From assembly GCA_003552185.1 (NCBI GenBank), contig PUOW01000362.1:1-49386 (forward strand): 49,386 bases of DNA. The letters are read 5' to 3'. Shown in pieces: positions 44,124 through 49,386 of the stretch. The position numbers were made by a program, and so were the translations under genes. Source of the stretch: Spirochaetaceae bacterium (lineage in GTDB: Bacteria; Spirochaetota; Spirochaetia; DSM-27196; SLAA01). Under the pieces are notes generated by a model. It searched no databases and was not told where the DNA came from. It saw only the letters and a list, made by a program, of their open reading frames with translations. How positions within the stretch are numbered: the stretch's first letter is position 1; each line of letters begins with the position of its first letter.

Positions 44124-44987
44124 TCAATCGTTCGGCGGGTTCGCCGAGTCCCACGCGATCGCGGATTCGTCCGGTGCCGGTGCGTCGGCTTCTTCGGCGG
44201 AGTGCTGAGCTTCGTGCGGCAGCGCTTCGGTCTGGGTCGGCCCGGTTCGCGGGGGTGTCGCACCGGCGTTTGCGGCTTGTGGGGCGCGACGCTTTTTGTA
44301 AACCAACGCAAACGAGAGAATCACGTAATACACCGGATAGAATAACGATACGGTGGGCAGCCACGCCGGGGCAGCGGTTAAGTAGTACATCATGATCAGC
44401 ACGATCACCATGTAAACCGCCGAGAGCACCATGGTGGTGTTGTACCAGTGCGGAGTTCGGCTGGGGTAGAGGAACTTAAACGGAATCAACACCATCACCG
44501 CACAGATGAGAATGATTGCCGATCCTATCGTGGGCCCTAGCTCAAAGAGGTAGGTATAGAGAACCACGACGTTCCAGTACGACGGGAATCCGCGGAAGAA
44601 GTTGTCGGGGGTTTTGGCGTCGGTATGACTGAACCCAAACACACTCGCGATCAAGGCCGTGGAGCAGACCCAGAACGGAATTCCGAGGAAGGTCCATGCC
44701 CAGAACAGCGGAACGAAGGTCCAGGTTAGGTAATCTACCAGGTTGTCGAGCAGACCACCGTCGATCTGCGGCAATCGGCGACGAATCTCGAGCCTCCGCG
44801 CTACGGTTCCGTCGAACGCGTCTATCACCGCCGCGAGCGCGAGCACTCGGAGCGCCTGCTCACCGTCGCCTTGCACGATCAACACCACGGCCCAAAACGC
44901 CAACAGGGCGCCGGACGCCGTCAGCAGATGAACCGCTAAGGCCAGTGCAACACTCGAAATCTGTGAAACTGTTTTATGAAAGCTCAT
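44124..44987 (-). CDS. CDP-alcohol phosphatidyltransferase, phosphatidylcholine synthase-like
   Basis: DAFDGTVARR...GGLLDNLVDYL (DxxDGxxAR...GxxxDxxxD). HLLTASGALLA N-terminus resembling Pcs. Pro/Ala-rich C-terminal tail. Confidence 0.65.
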   Translation of the reverse strand: MSFHKTVSQISSVALALAVHLLTASGALLAFWAVVLIVQGDGEQALRVLALAAVIDAFDGTVARRLEIRRRLPQIDGGLLDNLVDYLTWTFVPLFWAWTFLGIPFWVCSTALIASVFGFSHTDAKTPDNFFRGFPSYWNVVVLYTYLFELGPTIGSAIILICAVMVLIPFKFLYPSRTPHWYNTTMVLSAVYMVIVLIMMYYLTAAPAWLPTVSLFYPVYYVILSFALVYKKRRAPQAANAGATPPRTGPTQTEALPHEAQHSAEEADAPAPDESAIAWDSANPPND

Positions 44988-44988
44988 T

Positions 44989-45014
44989 AATTTGATAGAT
45001 CAAAATTTGATAGA
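44989..45014. repeat. direct repeat AATTTGATAGA x2 (15-bp period) abutting the Pcs-like start codon
   Basis: Copies at 44989-44999 and 45004-45014, in an AT-rich island within a GC-rich context. Confidence 0.8.
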
Positions 45015-45140
45015 CCAAGCCCAATTCCTCGGCGTCGTTGCTGCCTTTGCCCCTGCCGAGTGTTCTCATCATAGGACAAGCGCCAAAACTCTTCAAGCCG
45101 TTCCGGCAGCCGCCGCACCATTCGGGCGGCGGTTCCCAGG

Positions 45141-45821
45141 CTACGAGCGAAAATCGAGGTACTCGGTCGTGAGCTGCGAGAGGTCGCTGTAATGACCGCG
45201 CAGTTCTTCCGGCATCAGCAGCGCGAGCTGATACATGAGCTCGTCGACCATTTTTCGCCGGTCGCGACTGGTGATCGGGGTGTCGTCGGGTTTACGCAGG
45301 TAGAACGGAGCGCCGACCCGAATCGTCAAAGGAGTGCGACGCAGGCGCTTCAGGTTTGTGCCGAGCTCTGCGAGCCCCCATTGTGCCACCGGATAGATCG
45401 GCGCATTCTTTGCGGTCGCGAGGAAGGTTGCTCCCGGGTGTCCTTTACCGAGTGTGCCGGTCTTGCTGCGGGTGCCTTCGGCCGCAACGCCAAGGTACCG
45501 GCCTTCCTCGAGCGCTTGCAACGCAGCGTTCATCGCGGCGCTGTCGACCCGACCGCGCGAAATCGGGATGATATGCCAGGTATTCATAAAAAACTTGGTA
45601 AGCGGATTGCTCCATAGCTCACGCTTCGCGATTGCGGTAGCCTCTCGCGGTCTAATCAGCACGTAGATTATCGGGCCTTCAAGGTACGAGGTATGATTAG
45701 CCACCAAAATCCCGGGGCCGTCCTGAGGGAGTTTCTCGAGATCGCTCGCCTCGAGTTTACACGCGATCTTGATGAGGGCGCGGATTACCGCATTAACCAC
45801 ACGTTCTCTCAGACTCACCAC
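45141..45821 (-). CDS. lysophospholipid (1-acylglycerol-3-phosphate-type) acyltransferase
   Basis: NHTSYLEG (HxxxxE variant of HxxxxD) and AAEGTRS motifs. GTG start after GGGAGG. Confidence 0.7.
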   Translation of the reverse strand: MVSLRERVVNAVIRALIKIACKLEASDLEKLPQDGPGILVANHTSYLEGPIIYVLIRPREATAIAKRELWSNPLTKFFMNTWHIIPISRGRVDSAAMNAALQALEEGRYLGVAAEGTRSKTGTLGKGHPGATFLATAKNAPIYPVAQWGLAELGTNLKRLRRTPLTIRVGAPFYLRKPDDTPITSRDRRKMVDELMYQLALLMPEELRGHYSDLSQLTTEYLDFRS

Positions 45822-45960
45822 TACCTCCCGAGTTTTGTCGCTACCGTATTGTCGTATACCTTGAGTTTTACCCTGGATATACTCTAAATTCTTTCACGCT
45901 GCAACACAAGCAACGACGGAGGATGCGAAGAATCGTATTGCGGCGACTGCGGGGTGACCG

Positions 45961-47034
45961 ATGAAACTGAACAACATCCGGCGCAACGGACAGCTGGGGC
46001 TGTTTCTGCTGGATTTCCTGATGGTGGTTCTTCTGCTTGTGAACCTGGTCTGGATTGTGTTCGACTGGCTGTTCGGTTACCCGGCCATCCAAGACCTCAT
46101 CGCCCGATCGGCTCCCGGCTTTTTCCGGTACTACGCGGCTCGGATTCACCCGCGCTTCATTCTTATCGACCTTGCGTTTGTCGCGGTGTTTCTGAGCGAG
46201 TTCTTTGTCGCCTGGATCATGGCGATACGCGCGCGCCTCTACCACCGGTGGTTTTTCTATCCCATTCTGCACTGGTACGATCTGCTCGGCTTGATTCCGA
46301 TCGGCGGCTTCCGGTTTCTGCGCTTGCTGCGGATTATCTCGATTACGTATCGGCTGCAGCGAGTGGGTGTGGTGGACCTATCGGATATTGCCCCGGTGCG
46401 CTTCCTGCGCAAGTACTACGGGGTGGTGATGGAGGAGTTGTCCGACCGGGTGACGGTGAACATCCTGAGCGATCTGCAGGACGAGGTGCGCCACGGCGGG
46501 CCGGTAGCCGATCGCGTCTTGACCGACGTGGTGAAGCCTCACAAAGAAGAGCTCGTGGAATGGGTCTCGCAACGAATCGCGACCGTTGCGGAGCAGCATT
46601 ACCCGCGCTACCGACCGCAGATCCGCGCCTATGTCAGAGATCGCATCAACCACGCCTTTAACGCCAACCGTGAGTTCGCGCGGCTCGAGCAGATTCCGGT
46701 GTTCGGCACACTGATCCGAAGCGTGATGGAACAAGCGATCAACGACGTGGTGTTCGACGTAATCAACGGGATCATGCAGGACTTGGCATCGGAGCGCAAC
46801 CAAGCACTGCTCGACGAGCTTGCCGAGCTTGCTTTCGAGGTCGTGCTCCGCCACGACGAAGAATCGGCCTTAGGTCGTATCGTGGTCAACACCGTCGATC
46901 GCTCGCTCGAGATTCTCAAGCATCATGTTCGTGTGCAGCGGTGGAAGATCCGCGACGACAGCGAAGACGAAGAAGAGTTTCGCGCCCGATTGAGAGCCGA
47001 ACTGCAACGCGCGGTAAAAGAAACCGTGATATAG
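45961..47034 (+). CDS. voltage-sensor-like four-helix membrane domain fused to a soluble helical domain (no pore domain)
   Basis: Four hydrophobic segments in the first about 135 aa. The S4-like FRFLRLLRIISITYRLQR has Arg at every third position. Acidic E80 (S2) and D107 (S3). The remaining about 220 aa are hydrophilic. Confidence 0.6.
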   Translation: MKLNNIRRNGQLGLFLLDFLMVVLLLVNLVWIVFDWLFGYPAIQDLIARSAPGFFRYYAARIHPRFILIDLAFVAVFLSEFFVAWIMAIRARLYHRWFFYPILHWYDLLGLIPIGGFRFLRLLRIISITYRLQRVGVVDLSDIAPVRFLRKYYGVVMEELSDRVTVNILSDLQDEVRHGGPVADRVLTDVVKPHKEELVEWVSQRIATVAEQHYPRYRPQIRAYVRDRINHAFNANREFARLEQIPVFGTLIRSVMEQAINDVVFDVINGIMQDLASERNQALLDELAELAFEVVLRHDEESALGRIVVNTVDRSLEILKHHVRVQRWKIRDDSEDEEEFRARLRAELQRAVKETVI

Positions 47035-47035
47035 T
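47027..47035 (+). promoter_or_regulatory. extended -10-like TGaTATAGT overlapping the stop codon of the upstream gene, 9 nt before the tnaA-like ATG
   Basis: TG at 47027-47028 and TATAGT at 47030-47035. No SD in the 10-nt spacer. Confidence 0.3.
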
Positions 47036-47044
47036 GTCGGTGTT

Positions 47045-48412
47045 ATGAAAACCATTATCGAACCATTTCGGATCAAGTCGGTGGAACCGATTCGCGTTAC
47101 CACCAAGGAAGAGCGCGGTACGCTTATTCAAAACGCGGGCTACAATCTGTTTAATCTGCACTCCGACGACGTTATGATAGACCTGCTCACCGATTCCGGC
47201 ACCTCGGCCATGAGCGCGGCTCAGTGGTCGGGAATCATGCAAGGCGATGAAAGCTACGCGGGCTCCCCGTCGTTCTATCGGTTTGAGCGCGCGGTGAAAG
47301 ACCTCATGCCGTTCAAGCATGTGATCCCCACGCACCAAGGCCGTGCAGCCGAGAAAATTCTCTTCACGATCGCCGCGGGCTCGGGCACGAAGGTGCCGAG
47401 CAACACGCATTTCGACACCACGCGCGCGAACGTCGAGATGGCGGGTGCCGAGCCGGTAGACCTCGTGATCGCCGAGGGAAAACAGCCGGAGAGCGAACAT
47501 CCCTTCAAAGGAAACATGGATCTCGAGGCGCTCGACACCTTGCTGACCGCCGAGCGCGAACGCATCCCGATCGTGATGCTCACGATCACCAACAACACCG
47601 GCGGGGGCCAGCCGGTCTCGATGGAGAACATGCGCGGTGTGCGCGAGATCTGCTCGCGCCACAAAGTGCCGCTGTTTTTCGACGCCTGCCGGTTCGCCGA
47701 AAACGCGTACTTGATCAAGACGCGCGAGCCCGGATACGCCGAGACATCGGTTCCGGAGATTGTGCGCGAGATCTTCTCGCTCGCCGACGGCATGACGATG
47801 AGCGCGAAGAAGGATGCGTTCGTGAACATCGGCGGATGGCTCGCGTTGAACGACGACGACTGGGCCGAGCAAGCTCGTAATATGCTGATCCTTACCGAAG
47901 GATTCCCAACCTACGGCGGGCTCGCCGGTCGTGATCTCGAAGCGATCGCGATCGGGTTGCAGGAAATCGTCGATGAGGACTACCTGCGATACCGGATGGC
48001 CTCGATGCAGTACCTCGGTAATGCGCTCACGCAAATGGGCGTCCCGATCGTGAAACCGGTCGGCGGACACGCGGTGTATATCGACGCGCGGAGCCTCTTG
48101 CCGCACATTCCGCCGCTCTCGTATCCAGGACAGTCGCTCGCGGTAGCGCTCTACGAAGAGGGCGGTATCCGGGCGTGCGAGATCGGCACGGTGATGTTCG
48201 GCAAACAGGCCGACGGAAGTGAGAAGGCCGCGCCGCTCGACCTTGTGCGCTTGGCGGTGCCGCGGAGGGTCTACACGCAGAGCCACGTAGACTACGTGAT
48301 CGAATGTGTCGAAAACTTGGTGGCGCGCAAGGATGAGCTGCCGGGCTACCGCATCGAGTGGCAGCCGCGTTTCTTACGCCACTTTACCGCGCGGTTTACG
48401 CAGGAGCGGTAG
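47045..48412 (+). CDS. tnaA: beta-eliminating lyase, tryptophanase / tyrosine phenol-lyase family
   Basis: EPFRIKSVEP, DLLTDSGTSAMS, MSAKKDA (PLP Lys) and FPTYGGLAGRD. The Trp versus Tyr specificity is not decidable by eye. Confidence 0.8.
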   Translation: MKTIIEPFRIKSVEPIRVTTKEERGTLIQNAGYNLFNLHSDDVMIDLLTDSGTSAMSAAQWSGIMQGDESYAGSPSFYRFERAVKDLMPFKHVIPTHQGRAAEKILFTIAAGSGTKVPSNTHFDTTRANVEMAGAEPVDLVIAEGKQPESEHPFKGNMDLEALDTLLTAERERIPIVMLTITNNTGGGQPVSMENMRGVREICSRHKVPLFFDACRFAENAYLIKTREPGYAETSVPEIVREIFSLADGMTMSAKKDAFVNIGGWLALNDDDWAEQARNMLILTEGFPTYGGLAGRDLEAIAIGLQEIVDEDYLRYRMASMQYLGNALTQMGVPIVKPVGGHAVYIDARSLLPHIPPLSYPGQSLAVALYEEGGIRACEIGTVMFGKQADGSEKAAPLDLVRLAVPRRVYTQSHVDYVIECVENLVARKDELPGYRIEWQPRFLRHFTARFTQER

Positions 48413-48432
48413 CTTGCTATAGTCTTGGCGTA

Positions 48433-49386
48433 ATGAGCTACACCGAAGAGATTCTACAGCAGGTCCGCAAGATTAACCCCGAGCAGCCGGAGTTTTGCCA
48501 GGCGGTGCAAGAGTTTCTCGAGTCGCTCGCTCCGGTGCTGGAGCAGCGGCCCGAGTATCGCAAAGCCAAGATCCTCGAGCGCATGGTTGAGCCGGAGCGC
48601 GTGGTACTGTTTCGCGTTCCGTGGATAGACGACCGCTGCGAGTACCAGATCAACCGTGGGTTTAGAGTTCAGTTCAACAGCGTGCTCGGTCCGTACAAGG
48701 GTGGGCTGCGGTTTCACCCTACGGTGAACTTGAGCATTCTCAAGTTCCTTGCGTTCGAGCAAACCTATAAGAACGCGCTCACCACGCTCTCGATGGGCGG
48801 AGCCAAAGGCGGTTCGGATTTCGACCCCAAAGGCAAGTCCGATACCGAGGTCATGAAGTTCTGCCAGTCGTTCATGACCGAGCTGCAGCGCCATATCGGC
48901 CAGTACACCGACGTGCCGGCGGGCGATATCGGGGTGGGGCTGCGCGAGATCGGCTATCTGTTCGGGCAGTACCGCCGGATGCAGAACGAGTTCTCGGGGG
49001 TTATGACCGGAAAATCGGTGAACTGGGGCGGCTCGCTAATTCGGCCCGAGGCCACCGGGTACGGCGCGGTTTACTTCGCGGCCGAGATGCTTGCGCACCG
49101 CGGCCGCTCGCTGGAGGGCAAAACCTGCGTGATCTCGGGCTCCGGAAATGTCGCACAGTTTACCGCCAAAAAGGCGCTCGAGCTCGGCGCGCGGCCGGTG
49201 ACGTTCTCGGACTCAAGCGGCTACATTCACGACCCCGACGGGATCACGCCGGAGAAGCTACGGTTCGTGATGGAACTCAAGAACATCCGTCGTGGGCGTA
49301 TCTCTGAGTATACCGAGCGCTACCCGGATGCGGCGTTCTACCCTGGTGAGCGACCGTGGGCGGTGCCGTGCGACGCGGCCTTCCCG
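48433..49386 (+). CDS. gdhA: NADP-type glutamate dehydrogenase, C-terminus cut by window edge
   Basis: Translated by hand from ATG 48433 and open to the window end (318 codons). KGGLRFHP, GGAKGGSDFDPKGKS and VPAGDIGVG. Absent from the supplied ORF track, which lists only antisense ORFs here. Confidence 0.9.
   Translation, partial: MSYTEEILQQVRKINPEQPEFCQAVQEFLESLAPVLEQRPEYRKAKILERMVEPERVVLFRVPWIDDRCEYQINRGFRVQFNSVLGPYKGGLRFHPTVNLSILKFLAFEQTYKNALTTLSMGGAKGGSDFDPKGKSDTEVMKFCQSFMTELQRHIGQYTDVPAGDIGVGLREIGYLFGQYRRMQNEFSGVMTGKSVNWGGSLIRPEATGYGAVYFAAEMLAHRGRSLEGKTCVISGSGNVAQFTAKKALELGARPVTFSDSSGYIHDPDGITPEKLRFVMELKNIRRGRISEYTERYPDAAFYPGERPWAVPCDAAFP

Noticed and set aside
46916-48286. 456-aa minus-strand ORF opposite the tryptophanase-family gene
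   Set aside because: It is antisense to a confidently recognised conserved enzyme and has an Arg/His/Val-rich composition with no motifs. It is a GC-bias artefact.

Overview
This is a GC-rich, gene-dense bacterial chromosomal segment with about 50 protein-coding genes on both strands. Spacers are short and 1-13 nt stop/start overlaps are frequent. Many long stop-free antisense or alternate frames in the ORF track are artefacts of G/C-rich third codon positions. I recognise no rRNA, tRNA, CRISPR array, transposase, integrase or phage genes, so the window looks like ordinary core and peripheral metabolism rather than a mobile island. Recognisable content: (a) central-carbon enzymes: class II FBP aldolase, DeoC, short-form 6-phosphogluconate dehydrogenase, GlgX, and GdhA at the 3' edge, which is absent from the supplied ORF track because it runs off the window; (b) a complete four-gene alternative spermidine operon (speA, carboxy(nor)spermidine dehydrogenase, decarboxylase, speB); (c) two paralogous SNF-type sodium symporters and AzlCD; (d) peptidases M18, M19, M15 and S15/CocE-NonD; (e) repair enzymes MsrA and Pcm; (f) lipid enzymes (Pcs-like CDP-alcohol phosphatidyltransferase, PlsC-like acyltransferase); (g) a tryptophanase-family lyase. 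Less ordinary candidates: (i) a translationally coupled ATP-grasp ligase plus CocE/NonD hydrolase pair, divergent from the polyamine operon across a spacer with five tandem 17-mers; (ii) a voltage-sensor-domain-only membrane protein (S1-S4 with an RxxR S4, no pore) 10 nt upstream of the tryptophanase-like gene; (iii) a stand-alone KamA-family radical-SAM aminomutase next to an EamA exporter and a TrpR/YerC-like regulator; (iv) an orphan Dam/T4-Dam-like adenine methyltransferase; (v) a recurrent promoter architecture at about nine genes, with a (TGn)TAnnnT -10 box 6-12 nt from the ATG and no Shine-Dalgarno (leaderless type); (vi) pervasive short GC-rich tandem repeats in intergenic spacers. None of these is proven by sequence inspection alone. 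All family calls rest on motif recognition by eye, not database searches. The taxonomic origin cannot be assigned from this window.
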